From positions 3,383 to 67,382 of IMG/VR virus record IMGVR_UViG_3300033072_000338: 64,000 bases of DNA. One strand, 5' to 3'. Numbering within the stretch: position 1 is the first letter of the stretch; the number at the start of each line of letters is the position of its first letter. The translations under genes and the position numbers were made by a program. Source of the stretch: a virus (lineage: Duplodnaviria > Caudoviricetes). Below the pieces are notes generated by a model. The model saw nothing but the letters and a program-made list of their open reading frames with translations, was not told the origin of the DNA and did no database searches. Shown here piece after piece: positions 39,908-50,229 of the stretch.

Positions 39908-39938
39908 AAAATGGGGAACCGCACATACGATTCCCCAT
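39908..39938 (-). terminator. Intrinsic terminator
   Basis: ATGGGGAA/TTCCCCAT stem followed by TTT on the minus strand. Confidence 0.6.
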
Positions 39939-39975
39939 AAAATTGCGTCCCCCCTTTGAGAACAGTTGTGAGACT

Positions 39976-40272
39976 CTACTCAGCCGACGTTGGGCGTGCT
40001 TCGAAGTAGAACTTGAGCACCGCTGCCTGCAGGGCCATGTAAGGTGCGTTGATGACACCAAGAACCGCCGCTATGTCCATGCTAGACTTGGAGGCGTTGG
40101 CTTCCGCAAACGACATCGACCACTTGACGATGAAGTAGGTCATGAACATGGTGGCAATCGCGATGATGTGCTTGTCAACATCACGGTAGTCGAACCAATC
40201 CCAGAACCTGCTCATCCAGTTGTCGTGCTTCGGACGCAGAGGTGATCGAATAGGGGTGCTCTCTTCAGACAT
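39976..40272 (-). CDS. Small two-TM membrane protein (holin-like)
   Basis: Two hydrophobic segments (IIAIATMFMTYFIVKW; IAAVLGVINAPYMAL); AAGGAG RBS. Confidence 0.45.
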   Translation of the reverse strand: MSEESTPIRSPLRPKHDNWMSRFWDWFDYRDVDKHIIAIATMFMTYFIVKWSMSFAEANASKSSMDIAAVLGVINAPYMALQAAVLKFYFEARPTSAE

Positions 40273-40289
40273 AGAAGCTCCTTGCTTAG

Positions 40290-40321
40290 TTGGGGGCCAC
40301 ACATACAAATGTGGCCCCCAA
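40290..40321 (-). other. 12-bp hairpin after nrdB
   Basis: TTGGGGGCCACA/TGTGGCCCCCAA perfect inverted repeat, without a clear U-tract. Confidence 0.6.
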
Positions 40322-40330
40322 CTATGGAAC

Positions 40331-41314
40331 TCAGTAGGTCCACTCGCCGGTCAAACCAGCCTTGGAGTAGGCGGTGATCGTACGCTCGAAGAAGTTCCCA
40401 ACGACCGCAGTGCCAACAATTTGCTCAACCCACGGACATGGATTTTCCGCGATGTTGTACTGAGGCTTGAGGCCGAGCTTGACCATGCGGTAGTCACCAA
40501 GGTATCGGATGTACTTCTTGACATCCTCCTGGCTGACGTGCGGATTCTTACCGACACTGTAGGTAAGATCGATCGTCGCATCTTCAACCTCGATCAGTCG
40601 TGTGTACGTCTGATACAGCTTGGCCTTGAACTCGTCGGTCACGACCTCCGGGTTCTGCTGCAGGTAGTCGTGGAACAGCGCTGTGTTTCCGCGAACGTGC
40701 AACGTCTCATCGGCGATGGACCAGATGTTGACGTCCACGGTCCCCGGGATTTCGCCACCGAGGCGGAAGGCCAAGAGCTGCACGAATGCCGCGAAGAGGT
40801 TGATACCTTCGATCAGGCACTGCTTACCAAGGTAGAAGGCAACCCCGGAAGGTGTACTGGTGTCGCACTCCTCGATGATGAAGTCATGTTTTGCAACCAG
40901 GGCCTCGTATTGCAGAAACTCGGTTGCAAATGCTTCAGTGTCGTATCCCAGCGTTGTGTTCAGATGACGATAGCCCAGAGTGTGGGTCGTCTCACGGGAC
41001 GCGAAGGACAGAAGCATGAACCGTGCGTCGGCCTGCTTGAAGACAGGCAGCAGACGGTCTACGTAAGCACAGCACACGTCTGCATCCGATTGAGTGAACA
41101 ACCGCAGGATCATCTTGATGTGGGCTTTAGCCTCATCGGTAATCTTGCCAGTCTTCCACTGCTCAACATCGACACGCATGTCGATCTCATCCACATTCCA
41201 GTGAGCACGCTCGTGCTCTTTCCAGATCGAGTGGTACTCCATGTTCTTGGGGATGAAGATCTCACCGGCGGCGGTGAGTTCGGTGGAGTTGATAGTGCGG
41301 GTAATCTCAGTCAT
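40331..41314 (-). CDS. nrdB: Class Ia ribonucleotide reductase beta subunit
   Basis: HW..DEIDM..D..QW, LFTQSD, RETTH..GY, IEGINLFAAF, WSIADETLH, NFFE. Confidence 0.95.
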   Translation of the reverse strand: MTEITRTINSTELTAAGEIFIPKNMEYHSIWKEHERAHWNVDEIDMRVDVEQWKTGKITDEAKAHIKMILRLFTQSDADVCCAYVDRLLPVFKQADARFMLLSFASRETTHTLGYRHLNTTLGYDTEAFATEFLQYEALVAKHDFIIEECDTSTPSGVAFYLGKQCLIEGINLFAAFVQLLAFRLGGEIPGTVDVNIWSIADETLHVRGNTALFHDYLQQNPEVVTDEFKAKLYQTYTRLIEVEDATIDLTYSVGKNPHVSQEDVKKYIRYLGDYRMVKLGLKPQYNIAENPCPWVEQIVGTAVVGNFFERTITAYSKAGLTGEWTY

Positions 41315-41322
41315 GTCGTTCC

Positions 41323-43191
41323 TTATCCTTGGCAAGACACACAGTCGACGCCATCCTTCCAGTCGGCAAGGGATGCGCGTTTCAAGTCTTTCACAGAATC
41401 AACTGTGACCTCCCGTTCGGTGCGGTAGTAGTACACAGTCTTAACGTTCTCAGCACGCAGCCACTTCAGGTGGACCGAGTTGACGTAAGACCGGTCGGAA
41501 CCGAAAGGGAAGAAGAGGTTGAGGCTTTGTGCCTGGCAAATGTGCACACCACGGATGTTGGCCTGTTCGATGGTCCAGTGTTGGTCAACCTCCATCGCAG
41601 TGCGGAACACCAGCTTGGTATGTTCGTCCAAGAAGTCCAGGTGTTGCACTGATCCGTTATGCTTGAGGATGGAATCCCACACTGACTTGACGTTCTTGCC
41701 GATTGCCTCCAGACGCTTTTCGAGCTCCGGATTGCGGAAGAAGCCGATACCAGCTCGCGTGTCTTTCACGAAGCAGTTTGCATACCACGGCTCCATGGCC
41801 GGGCTCTTGTTCGCGATGTCCGCCGAATTCGCATTCGGGGCGAGTGCTAGCAGATGGCTGTTGCGACGACCAGTGCCAACCATGTCGGGGGCCTCACCGC
41901 GCTCGGCGCCGAGCTCCAACGATGCAGCCTCCGCACGCTCCTTGATGAGCTTGAAGATCGTATGTGAATACGAGGATGCGCTGTTAAAACCACCCGACTC
42001 GTACGGGATGTCTTCCTGTTGCAGGAACGAGTGCCAACCGAAAGCACCAAGACCCAAGGCACGTTCGCGCTCAGCCGAGAACTTGGCCTTTGCCATGGAC
42101 TCAGGTGCATTGTCGATGAACCATTGGATGATGTTGTCCAGGAAGCGGATCAGATCCTCGACGATACGGCTGTTCTTCCACTCGTGGAATGCCGCCAGAT
42201 TGAGTGACGACAAGCAGCACACGAAAGTGCGCAGCGCATCCGTAGCCAGGGTGATCTCGGTGCACAGGTTGGAACCGTTGCACTTGAGGCCGAGTCGGCG
42301 CTGTGTTTCAGGGAGCAGGCGGTTGATCAGATCGATCTTGGTCATGAAGGGCTCGCCTGTCAGAGCGCGGGTCTCCAGCATCTCTTCCCAGAGGGAGCGG
42401 GCATTCACCGTCTCGTAGACCTTGTGGCTGTGCGGGCACTGAAGCTCGAACTCGGGATTGGGATCATCGCCCAACACCTTAGCAATGAACTCGTCGGTCA
42501 AGTTGACTGCGGAGTGGAACTGAGTCCGGTTGTCCGAACGACGCTTGCTGTCGCCACCTGGAACACGGAACAGGATGTGCTCTTTGACATCCGGGTGCTT
42601 GACTGGCAAGTAAGCTGCGATGGCCCCCTTGCGCGTACCCTTCTGCTTGAAGTATCCAATCGCCGAATCCAGCACCTTCTCGAATGGGATCGGACCTGGA
42701 GCCTTGCGCGTCGTAGCACGCAAGCTCATGTGCGCCCCTGTACCACCCCCTGACACGGACAGGTCTGCGAGTTCCTTGAGGATGTCGCGCTGGCCTGTGA
42801 TAGTGTCGGGTACCTCGAATGCGAAGCAGCTGATGGGCTGACCTTGCGGCTTTGCCATCGGGATGAACGTACTGTGGTGCCAGTAGTGTGCACCATCCTT
42901 GGTGGGGTCATCGTACCAATGTCCGGGCGTAGCATTGGAGAGCACCGGCGACGCGTAGAAGAACCAGTTCTTGTACACGTAGTCGTAGATGCGTTGCGCC
43001 AAGGCATAATCGCCGTAACAGAAGTTGATGGCCGGGCGAGCGAGGGCTTGCGGGATTGACTCGCCTTCGCGCACATAGTCACCTTCGTGCAGGAGGGACT
43101 TCGAGAGGTCAGAGAGCCACGCCGGGTTCTTGCGGTGGATCTGAATTCCTAGGTAGTTGTAGCGGTGACCCGTTTCTTCGGATGATGTCAT
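41323..43191 (-). CDS. nrdA: Class Ia ribonucleotide reductase alpha subunit (no ATP-cone)
   Basis: ASPVLSN, PISCF, SNLCTEI, CCLSSLNL, LGLGAFG, APNANS, QAQSLNL, YYYR, C-terminal CVSCQG. Confidence 0.95.
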   Translation of the reverse strand: MTSSEETGHRYNYLGIQIHRKNPAWLSDLSKSLLHEGDYVREGESIPQALARPAINFCYGDYALAQRIYDYVYKNWFFYASPVLSNATPGHWYDDPTKDGAHYWHHSTFIPMAKPQGQPISCFAFEVPDTITGQRDILKELADLSVSGGGTGAHMSLRATTRKAPGPIPFEKVLDSAIGYFKQKGTRKGAIAAYLPVKHPDVKEHILFRVPGGDSKRRSDNRTQFHSAVNLTDEFIAKVLGDDPNPEFELQCPHSHKVYETVNARSLWEEMLETRALTGEPFMTKIDLINRLLPETQRRLGLKCNGSNLCTEITLATDALRTFVCCLSSLNLAAFHEWKNSRIVEDLIRFLDNIIQWFIDNAPESMAKAKFSAERERALGLGAFGWHSFLQQEDIPYESGGFNSASSYSHTIFKLIKERAEAASLELGAERGEAPDMVGTGRRNSHLLALAPNANSADIANKSPAMEPWYANCFVKDTRAGIGFFRNPELEKRLEAIGKNVKSVWDSILKHNGSVQHLDFLDEHTKLVFRTAMEVDQHWTIEQANIRGVHICQAQSLNLFFPFGSDRSYVNSVHLKWLRAENVKTVYYYRTEREVTVDSVKDLKRASLADWKDGVDCVSCQG

Positions 43192-43243
43192 ATCGGAGAT
43201 GGATTCCTCGATGTGGGGTGTTGCGTGAGAGGGTTCGAACATA

Positions 43244-43250
43244 TATTTAC
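43244..43250 (-). promoter_or_regulatory. GTAAATA promoter-like motif
   Basis: Minus-strand heptamer about 50 nt upstream of the nrdA ATG. Confidence 0.55.
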
Positions 43251-43298
43251 AGTACCTGTGGGTAGGACTTACAGTTAAAGGGTGACCACGCAAGGGTA

Positions 43299-44780
43299 TC
43301 AGAGACCGCCGATACCCCAGACCACGCCTGAGTTGAAAATCGAAACCGGGGTGATGGCTATGGCAACACTACCCATAGATCCGCCCTGAGAGAGGTTGAA
43401 GTTGCCGTTACCGGCTGGCCCACTGCCATCACCTTGAGTGATACCCTTGATGACCAAGTTCTGCTTGACCAGCTTGAGCTCCGAATCCAGTTGAGTCTGG
43501 ATCTGCTGGGCCATGCTCTGCAGGTACTGAGTCTTATCAACATCCAGACTGATGGCCGCACCACTGAAGTTGAACGCCTTCTCACCCTCCATCAGGTACT
43601 GGGCGTCCAGGGCGGACTTCTCAGCCAAGAGCAGCCACATCTCACGCACGACCCCCATAGCCCGTGTCATCGTGAACGAAGTGAACACACCGTATGCACC
43701 GTTGAATGCATCCGCCCCACGACGCAACCACTTCAGGATCTCCGTGTCCGGGAATTGGCTGTCCGGTGTAGCGTACAAAGTTTGTCGAGCCTTGTTGATC
43801 TTGCTCTTAACATCCTCCACAGCGTTCATTATGGAAGGGTTCACGATCCACAGACTTGCCGTTTCACGGAAGGTCTGATTGGGGCTGTTCCAAAACTTCC
43901 AGATCACCTTGTACGGAGTCAGAGTCACCGGCAAGGCGCTTGTATCTATGGCTGCACTTACGTAGTAACCATTCGCAATCCGCTCCGGGTTACCGAGAGT
44001 GACTGACGCCAGCATGTTCGAGTCGTCGTACAGTTCGAGAACGTAGTTGCTGTAGATCTGTTCAGTGACCAAGCTCATGAGGGCCTTGTCGCCTTGCATC
44101 TCCACAGAATCTGTGGTGCCGACTTGAACGTCGGGCATACCCAGGATGTTCAAGTTCTCGAAGTTGTAGGCTGCACCAGTACCGACCCGAAGCGTGTACC
44201 GAAGCTGGTACGGCGAATCGAGCGCTGGTGGGATAGACTCGGGCACACTGACGACTGCATGTGCAGTCACAACGTTGGCGAATCCGGTGGACTTGATCGT
44301 GTAGTCGTACGCATTGCCCGAAGCGTAGACAGTGCCGTCCGGACCCAGGACATCCCACAGGACGTACCCACCTGACGGATCGAATGAAGGGTCGAGTGTG
44401 AACACTGCAGTTGCCAGCGCAGACTTCCCAGCCCCGAGGCCCCCGATCAGGGCTTGATACGAAGACGGATCCTCGTTCAGGTAAGGGTTTGGGTTGTACG
44501 CAGTTGGGTTGCAGTTGACAACCAATGTAACGACCAGGACTCGCTGGTTCGTGGTGACGGTCAGCGGCGTGCCGTAACACACGTTCTCCTGACCGCCCGT
44601 CGCCGAGAACTCGATGGGGTTGGCGTTCGTGTTGAGGAGGCTGATGTTCAGGTTGCTACCGACTGGAGTGGTAGCCCCCAGAACAATGCTCTCGATGATC
44701 TCTGAGGTGTTCAGATCCAACGTCAGCGAGTTGGTGATCGTCTCGGAGCCATTCTTGGCGTAGACGTAAGTTTGCATCAT
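43299..44780 (-). CDS. Putative neck/head-completion protein with Ig-like N-terminal part
   Basis: 493 aa. Beta-rich N-terminus and helical C-terminal domain (FPDTEILKWLRRG..AFN) of head-tail adaptor type. Confidence 0.45.
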   Translation of the reverse strand: MMQTYVYAKNGSETITNSLTLDLNTSEIIESIVLGATTPVGSNLNISLLNTNANPIEFSATGGQENVCYGTPLTVTTNQRVLVVTLVVNCNPTAYNPNPYLNEDPSSYQALIGGLGAGKSALATAVFTLDPSFDPSGGYVLWDVLGPDGTVYASGNAYDYTIKSTGFANVVTAHAVVSVPESIPPALDSPYQLRYTLRVGTGAAYNFENLNILGMPDVQVGTTDSVEMQGDKALMSLVTEQIYSNYVLELYDDSNMLASVTLGNPERIANGYYVSAAIDTSALPVTLTPYKVIWKFWNSPNQTFRETASLWIVNPSIMNAVEDVKSKINKARQTLYATPDSQFPDTEILKWLRRGADAFNGAYGVFTSFTMTRAMGVVREMWLLLAEKSALDAQYLMEGEKAFNFSGAAISLDVDKTQYLQSMAQQIQTQLDSELKLVKQNLVIKGITQGDGSGPAGNGNFNLSQGGSMGSVAIAITPVSIFNSGVVWGIGGL

Positions 44781-45772
44781 GACCTCACGTAGAAGTTGGC
44801 TGGGTCCGGCGTGCTCTTCCAGGAAAGCGTGTTGAGGGAACCGTGCTTGCCTCGGAAAGTGAACTGGCGACCCCTGATCACACCTTCCAGCGCCCGGCCC
44901 TTGGTCACGAAGTAGACTTCGCAGTGTGCCATGTCCTTCTTAGAAGGGTGAGGCAGCTTCTCAATACGCCGGATCTCCGCTGCTGGAGTGAGCGGACCAT
45001 ACAGAGCGAAGTTCTTCTCTTCCTCAGCACCGCGCTGATCCGATGTCTGGTAGACGGTTTCGTCTGTAGGGTCGTAGCGCCTTGGGTCGAGTCCAACTCG
45101 CCGCATCCAGGCTTGCCAGTTGGGCCCGTGACCTCCCTCGCTTGGGTCGTTCACGTGATCCAGGCATGCGACAGCCTGATGGCACATCTCGTGCAGCAAG
45201 ATCTCGTTGAAGAACGGCATCGGGGAGTTGAAGAGGAAGTCGGCAAGCCAAAGCGTTCCAGCAGGCCCATTCAGGCGCGTGTAGTAGACACCTCGGGCCC
45301 TGTTCAAACCTTTCGGGTTTCCAGGCGGCTTGTCTGACACCAACAGGGTCGGGATCGGAAGCCGGTTCTGGAACTTCTCTTGGTTGAAGTAGTGCCACAT
45401 CTCAGTAACGAACGGGAGCCGAAGGCGCTTGCTGGTCTGGGCCTTCTTGTACCCGAACTCAAGCTCCTTCTTGGTTTCGTGCACACTGAGGTGTGACTGC
45501 GGAACGGCTGGGGCTGAATCCGGGTTGAGGTCAATAACCCGGACCATTCGGTTGTCCTGGCTAACCCCAATCTTGCAGACCTTCTGGATGGTGAAGATCG
45601 CTACCTTGCCAGACGAGGTGATCGAAGGTGAGCCGAGGGCCTTCACCATCTTAGGCAAGTCTGCTGAGGAGTATCCGTACGTGTAGACGTGCTTCTCTTC
45701 ATCATGGGATTTCAGGCGCAAACCCGTGATCCCGTACTTTTCAAGAAGTGCCGGTATTTCGGTTGGGGTCAT
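44777..45772 (-). CDS. SprT-like zinc metalloprotease
   Basis: FN.EKF...LP, ILLHEMCHQAV, GHGPNWQAWM. Confidence 0.82.
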   Translation of the reverse strand: MTPTEIPALLEKYGITGLRLKSHDEEKHVYTYGYSSADLPKMVKALGSPSITSSGKVAIFTIQKVCKIGVSQDNRMVRVIDLNPDSAPAVPQSHLSVHETKKELEFGYKKAQTSKRLRLPFVTEMWHYFNQEKFQNRLPIPTLLVSDKPPGNPKGLNRARGVYYTRLNGPAGTLWLADFLFNSPMPFFNEILLHEMCHQAVACLDHVNDPSEGGHGPNWQAWMRRVGLDPRRYDPTDETVYQTSDQRGAEEEKNFALYGPLTPAAEIRRIEKLPHPSKKDMAHCEVYFVTKGRALEGVIRGRQFTFRGKHGSLNTLSWKSTPDPANFYVRS

Positions 45773-46194
45773 ACGGAAACCCCCTGACGACCGGCCCACT
45801 CACGCATTGAGTTAGCGAGGCCCGGATGCAGCGGCTCAGGGGGTTCTTCCGACCACACGAAGTCGGTGTGTTCCGGGTTCAAGACAGGCTCAAACTCTTC
45901 GGGCACCAAGCAGAAGTGATTGTGGAAGATGAACTGACCACCATCCTGTGCATCACGGTTCATGTGAAGCAACTCACCTTCGGGACGATAACCAATCTCT
46001 TCCTCACACTCACGGCGAACTGCCTCTTCAACAGTCTCGTGTTCTTCGACACCACCGCCGGGGCAGCACCAAGTTCCAGCATGGTCACCCGTGTCTGATC
46101 GCTTGATGAACAGGAACCGTTGGGTATCAGGGCAGAAAAGAAGGGCGCCTGCACCGTAACCGGTCTCGCGCCCTGCTCGTATAAGTTGGGTCAT
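45769..46194 (-). CDS. Nudix hydrolase
   Basis: Nudix box PGGGVEEHETVEEAVRRECEEEIG. Confidence 0.92.
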   Translation of the reverse strand: MTQLIRAGRETGYGAGALLFCPDTQRFLFIKRSDTGDHAGTWCCPGGGVEEHETVEEAVRRECEEEIGYRPEGELLHMNRDAQDGGQFIFHNHFCLVPEEFEPVLNPEHTDFVWSEEPPEPLHPGLANSMREWAGRQGVSV

Positions 46195-46195
46195 T

Positions 46196-46708
46196 TCAAT
46201 CTCCTAGAACTGGGTCTGCGAACACTACCTGCTTACCCCGAAGCATGATGTTGTCTTGGTGTAGATCCAGCTTGCTATAGTGATCCAAGAACCAGGTCAC
46301 CATACGTGATAGATCGGGGTCCTTGCTATTAGCCTCGTGCGCCAGTTTCGTCCAATCATCTTGGGAGAACCAAGCGATGTATTTGTCGACGGGGGTTAGC
46401 CCATACTCGTCAGCCAGATGACTGCGCAACCAATCGAGTTGGCGCTGAACCATAGGCATCAGCTTTTCAATCTCGTACTGGTATGTCCTCGTGGCCTCGT
46501 CCAGCACAGTTATCTTGTGAATCTTCGGCAGGTAAGGATTGCCGGGATTCAGCTTAGCGAACTGTGCCCAAAGTTGGTAGGAGCGATCACCCTTCGAGAT
46601 CTTGATGACCGTGCTCCCGTTGTCATAGACCACGGAGTTGAGGCCGTACCCGATAACGGGCAGGTCCAGCTTGTGGTCTATCAGTCGTGTGTTGGCTTCG
46701 ATCTTCAT
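46196..46708 (-). CDS. Minimal protein-kinase-like enzyme with MKIEA leader
   Basis: IGYGLNSVVY, VIKI, YLPKI, IEKL, LDLHQDNIM, VFADP. Confidence 0.78.
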   Translation of the reverse strand: MKIEANTRLIDHKLDLPVIGYGLNSVVYDNGSTVIKISKGDRSYQLWAQFAKLNPGNPYLPKIHKITVLDEATRTYQYEIEKLMPMVQRQLDWLRSHLADEYGLTPVDKYIAWFSQDDWTKLAHEANSKDPDLSRMVTWFLDHYSKLDLHQDNIMLRGKQVVFADPVLGD

Positions 46709-47217
46709 GCTACAGGATCCACAAAGACAGGCTGATGGCCCCGCAGCATCACGTTCTTACGAGACACGTCCAACAGCCACTTGCAGTTACCGAGGTAGTG
46801 TGCCACCGCTGCCAGATGCTTGTCCTTGCAGCGCTGAGCAAACAGACGCCACTTATTACGGTCGTAGACGTCGAATGGGAAGAAGAAGTCGCGGACACCC
46901 TCCCAGCCCATGGCTTGCATGGGCTCCAGCTTCTCCATGAAGACGGCGAAGCCTGCGGTAGAGTTGTCGAGCACAAGGTCGTGGAGGCCGTACAGCTTAG
47001 GAACCCAAGGATTCTTCGGCTGCTCCTTAACGAACCCCCACCAGTCCCAGTTAGCGTTGTCCTTGTTCACAACCTTGACCACCACGTTCGGTAGTGTTGG
47101 ATGCTGATAGACCTTACCGAACGAACCCTCGCCTAACTTCTGGATCTTGAGCTGCTGCTCCAGACGATCGGTGTATTCCTTGTACGTTTCGGCAAGCAAT
47201 TTAGCCATTGATGACAT
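46705..47217 (-). CDS. Minimal protein-kinase-like enzyme (tandem paralog)
   Basis: LGEGSFGKVY, VVKV, WVPKL, MEKL, LDVSRKNVM, VFVDP. Confidence 0.8.
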   Translation of the reverse strand: MSSMAKLLAETYKEYTDRLEQQLKIQKLGEGSFGKVYQHPTLPNVVVKVVNKDNANWDWWGFVKEQPKNPWVPKLYGLHDLVLDNSTAGFAVFMEKLEPMQAMGWEGVRDFFFPFDVYDRNKWRLFAQRCKDKHLAAVAHYLGNCKWLLDVSRKNVMLRGHQPVFVDPVA

Positions 47218-48391
47218 TCACCAGCTTGCGGATCTGCCCGTTCGACAGCTTGTACTTCGTAGACAGCCAGTCAAGGTCTACGGGGCCAATGCCGCCGGAG
47301 TGGTCGAGGCCCTGGAATGTGAAGAGAACCTTGTTGCCTTCGATCTTCATGCGAACCCGGGCGTTCCGCTTGACACGCAGCATGGCTTTGACTTCGAGGA
47401 ACAGCTGATTGGCGAGGGCCTCAACTTGTTTCTCGTTCACGCCCTTCAGGACAAATACCAGGGTGTCGCCCGCAGCGGTGACTGACTGCAGATGTTCTTG
47501 CACGGTGAAGAGCTCAGGCGACAAGCCACCCTTGGGAATCTTCAGCTGAAGTTCAGCAGGTAGGTTACCGATCTGGGCACTGAAACCCTCCATGGACAGC
47601 TGCGAGGCCACTGCCTTGGCTGCACCACTAAGGCTTTCCACAACGTCGCCACCTTCGAGCAGAGTTGGGGCCATGAACTCGTGGTCCACGAACACTTCGA
47701 TGTCACCACCGACTGTCCACTTGAGGGCGATGTACAGAGACGGGGCAACCTTGCCGTCGTCATTGACAGCGTTCTTGAGGATGATGTATCCAGCGAACAC
47801 CAGATTACCCTCATGGTCCAGCGCGGCGTAGGCCATTGTCCGGATGCCGTCACACTCAACGTGCTTGTTGGATTGAAGCTCTTCAGCGACAGTGAGAACG
47901 AAGTCCTTGAACTCCTTAGGTGCATGCCCCTCTGCCACCTGATTCAGGGCGTGGAACAGCTTGCGGAGTTGGGCCTCCACATCCTGCTTCAGCTTGCGGA
48001 TGCTGCCGAGGGTCGCGTCAAGGGCCGAACCCTTAACTCCCTTGAAGTTCAGCTTCACCTCGTTCTCGAGGTTCACCAGATACTTGTACTGCTCAGACAG
48101 CTTCTCCGCCGCCTTGTAGTTCTTCTGAAGGACTTGAGCGTTGGGCACCTTCACCATGGGGAAATCCAGGTTGAGCGTGCGCTTCTTGCCACCCTTGCCC
48201 GTAAATTGCCGCAGGTCGGAGAAGTCCAGTTCATCGCCGTTGGCTTTCAGCGGAGTCTTGACCAGCTTGCCAAGCTGCTTGATGTTATGGTCAATCAGCT
48301 GCTCCTCGTCACGGAGTTGGTTGGAGAAATCTGTCAGGTAGCGGCGTACTTCCTGCAGGCTCTTGAAACGCGAAGTATTGGAGGGTTGCAT
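47201..48391 (-). CDS. Hypothetical protein
   Basis: 396-aa coupled ORF with phage-like codon use. Confidence 0.65.
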   Translation of the reverse strand: MQPSNTSRFKSLQEVRRYLTDFSNQLRDEEQLIDHNIKQLGKLVKTPLKANGDELDFSDLRQFTGKGGKKRTLNLDFPMVKVPNAQVLQKNYKAAEKLSEQYKYLVNLENEVKLNFKGVKGSALDATLGSIRKLKQDVEAQLRKLFHALNQVAEGHAPKEFKDFVLTVAEELQSNKHVECDGIRTMAYAALDHEGNLVFAGYIILKNAVNDDGKVAPSLYIALKWTVGGDIEVFVDHEFMAPTLLEGGDVVESLSGAAKAVASQLSMEGFSAQIGNLPAELQLKIPKGGLSPELFTVQEHLQSVTAAGDTLVFVLKGVNEKQVEALANQLFLEVKAMLRVKRNARVRMKIEGNKVLFTFQGLDHSGGIGPVDLDWLSTKYKLSNGQIRKLVNVING

Positions 48392-48401
48392 AGTCAGAAC
48401 T

Positions 48402-49646
48402 TTAGAAAGAGAAGCCCTCGTCGTTGGCGAAGCCTGACAAGGTTTGAGATTTCGATGGGGATGGGATATTGACCGGTTTCTGAGAAGTTACCGGGCGGCG
48501 GAAGCTCAAGATGTTCCAGAGCTCTTGAGGTTGGGCAACACGGACCTGTGCTTCGTGCCCAAGCATGTTGCGATTACGTGTGTTCCATGGGTTGACCTGA
48601 CCAACGACCAGCACCTTGCCGAGCTGAGATTCCAAGATGATATCTTGCCGTTGCAGGATCGGCACATCGGGGCTCATGATGATCTGGAAAGGTTCCTGTG
48701 GCTCCAACAGAGAGATGTCCTGGGTGTTGGAAACCTTCGGTATCTCGAAGTACACAGGTTCTTTGGACAGAGCGAACTGCATCTCGAAGTGAGTGATAGC
48801 AGTTGTGCACGTCAAGGTTAGCGTATGTGGCCGCCCGTCGCAGAAAGCGCGAATGCTACCGTGGGTCACGTTCGTGCCGTCGATAGCTATCGTGGCTGGA
48901 ACTGGGTTGCTCTGGAGCATAACCCGGAATGCGTCGACCGAGACCACGCCTCGCGGCAGCACGACAGTTGTGGTATGCGTACCCGGAGATAGCTCAAACG
49001 AATGCGGATCCAGGAATGATGAGGTCACGAAGTCTGCTGGCACCAACACAATCCGCGAACCACGGAACATCGAGTACCCACCGATGTACGTAGATCCGAA
49101 GCATATTGGGCAGCTGACATCGGTCATGCCGAGGTGAGAGAGGTCGAAATCACCAAAGATGTCGTCCAGGTCTGGACTGAACTGCCCATTGTCACCAACT
49201 GCGGGCTCATCCAAGAAGAGGTCAGTGGAGTTGTTGTCATCAGGTCCGACCTTGTTGTTGGCTGTATTCCATACACCCGACTCACGACCACGAGCGGGCG
49301 TGACTTCAGACTCGTGGAACGGGTCGAACTCCATGTCATCGTCGTTGTTGGTGTGATACCCAGAGACCCCAAAGTTGTTTGAACCTGAGATGATCCGGTT
49401 GATGGCACCCGGCGACGCTTTCCCGTCTGGGGACAGCTTCAGAGCTTGACTGTTCTTCTGGACACACGAGCAGGGGCGTCCCTGCTGCAACCGGTTCAGC
49501 AGAACAGCCTGGATGCCCTGAACGCGGAAGGCCGACATCATCTTCTGTTGGGCAATCGGTGCGATATGCTCCGTCATAAGACGCGCCACGTCTGCGTTCC
49601 GGGCGTTGTTGGCAGTCAAGTTAGACCGCCGGTTGACGAATGGCAT
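48402..49646 (-). CDS. Putative virion (head-closure-like) protein
   Basis: 414 aa with CSC and CPICFG..YIGGY motifs and a beta-rich C-terminus. Confidence 0.45.
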   Translation of the reverse strand: MPFVNRRSNLTANNARNADVARLMTEHIAPIAQQKMMSAFRVQGIQAVLLNRLQQGRPCSCVQKNSQALKLSPDGKASPGAINRIISGSNNFGVSGYHTNNDDDMEFDPFHESEVTPARGRESGVWNTANNKVGPDDNNSTDLFLDEPAVGDNGQFSPDLDDIFGDFDLSHLGMTDVSCPICFGSTYIGGYSMFRGSRIVLVPADFVTSSFLDPHSFELSPGTHTTTVVLPRGVVSVDAFRVMLQSNPVPATIAIDGTNVTHGSIRAFCDGRPHTLTLTCTTAITHFEMQFALSKEPVYFEIPKVSNTQDISLLEPQEPFQIIMSPDVPILQRQDIILESQLGKVLVVGQVNPWNTRNRNMLGHEAQVRVAQPQELWNILSFRRPVTSQKPVNIPSPSKSQTLSGFANDEGFSF

Positions 49647-49647
49647 G

Positions 49648-50229
49648 TTACCTCCGTATTCGATAGAAGCTGGATTCAGCAGCGTCTATGCTGTCTGCGC
49701 TTCCGTGTGAAAGGAGCTTGGCCAGGGGCACAGCCTTACCATTGTCTCCTAGAACTAGCGGGTACGCATAACCCTGATATTCACGCCAGCCTATGATATT
49801 GACGACCTGGTCCTTACCATTGACTGGCACCATCAGGACACCGTGATGCTTCTGGCACAGCTTCTTCCATGTGTGACTTGATCCTTTCGACAGATCAGCA
49901 CTGCTATGCAGGATGCCGTGGACTTTCAAGGCCGCTTCGTACATAGCAAGGCCGATGCCCTGTCCAACGTACTCGGGCCTTACTCCACTGGACATGGTGA
50001 CGAGCAGACCGTTGACCTTTTGAATGTCGATGGCCCCCACCCACTCTTCGCCCTTGAATGCATATATGTGGTTGTCGAGCAGGTCGTGGCAGATGTCGTA
50101 TCCACGGTAGTTGAAGACTGGCTTGGTGTCTTTCTTCTCAACCGTGTCGAACATCGCCGCTTCACCACCCGTCTTGGCCATGTCGTTAGGCACCCATGAC
50201 AAGATGCGCTGAGCTGCTTCGAGTTTCAT
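49648..50229 (-). CDS. GNAT-like acetyltransferase with MKLEAAQRILS leader
   Basis: Acetyl-CoA motif A VRPEYVGQGIGLAMYEAAL, LHSSADLS...TWKKL. Confidence 0.72.
   Translation of the reverse strand: MKLEAAQRILSWVPNDMAKTGGEAAMFDTVEKKDTKPVFNYRGYDICHDLLDNHIYAFKGEEWVGAIDIQKVNGLLVTMSSGVRPEYVGQGIGLAMYEAALKVHGILHSSADLSKGSSHTWKKLCQKHHGVLMVPVNGKDQVVNIIGWREYQGYAYPLVLGDNGKAVPLAKLLSHGSADSIDAAESSFYRIRR

Noticed and set aside
17755-43191. Inteins or introns in DnaB, NrdA or NrdB
   Set aside because: All are of compact length with continuous motifs and no intein splice signatures.
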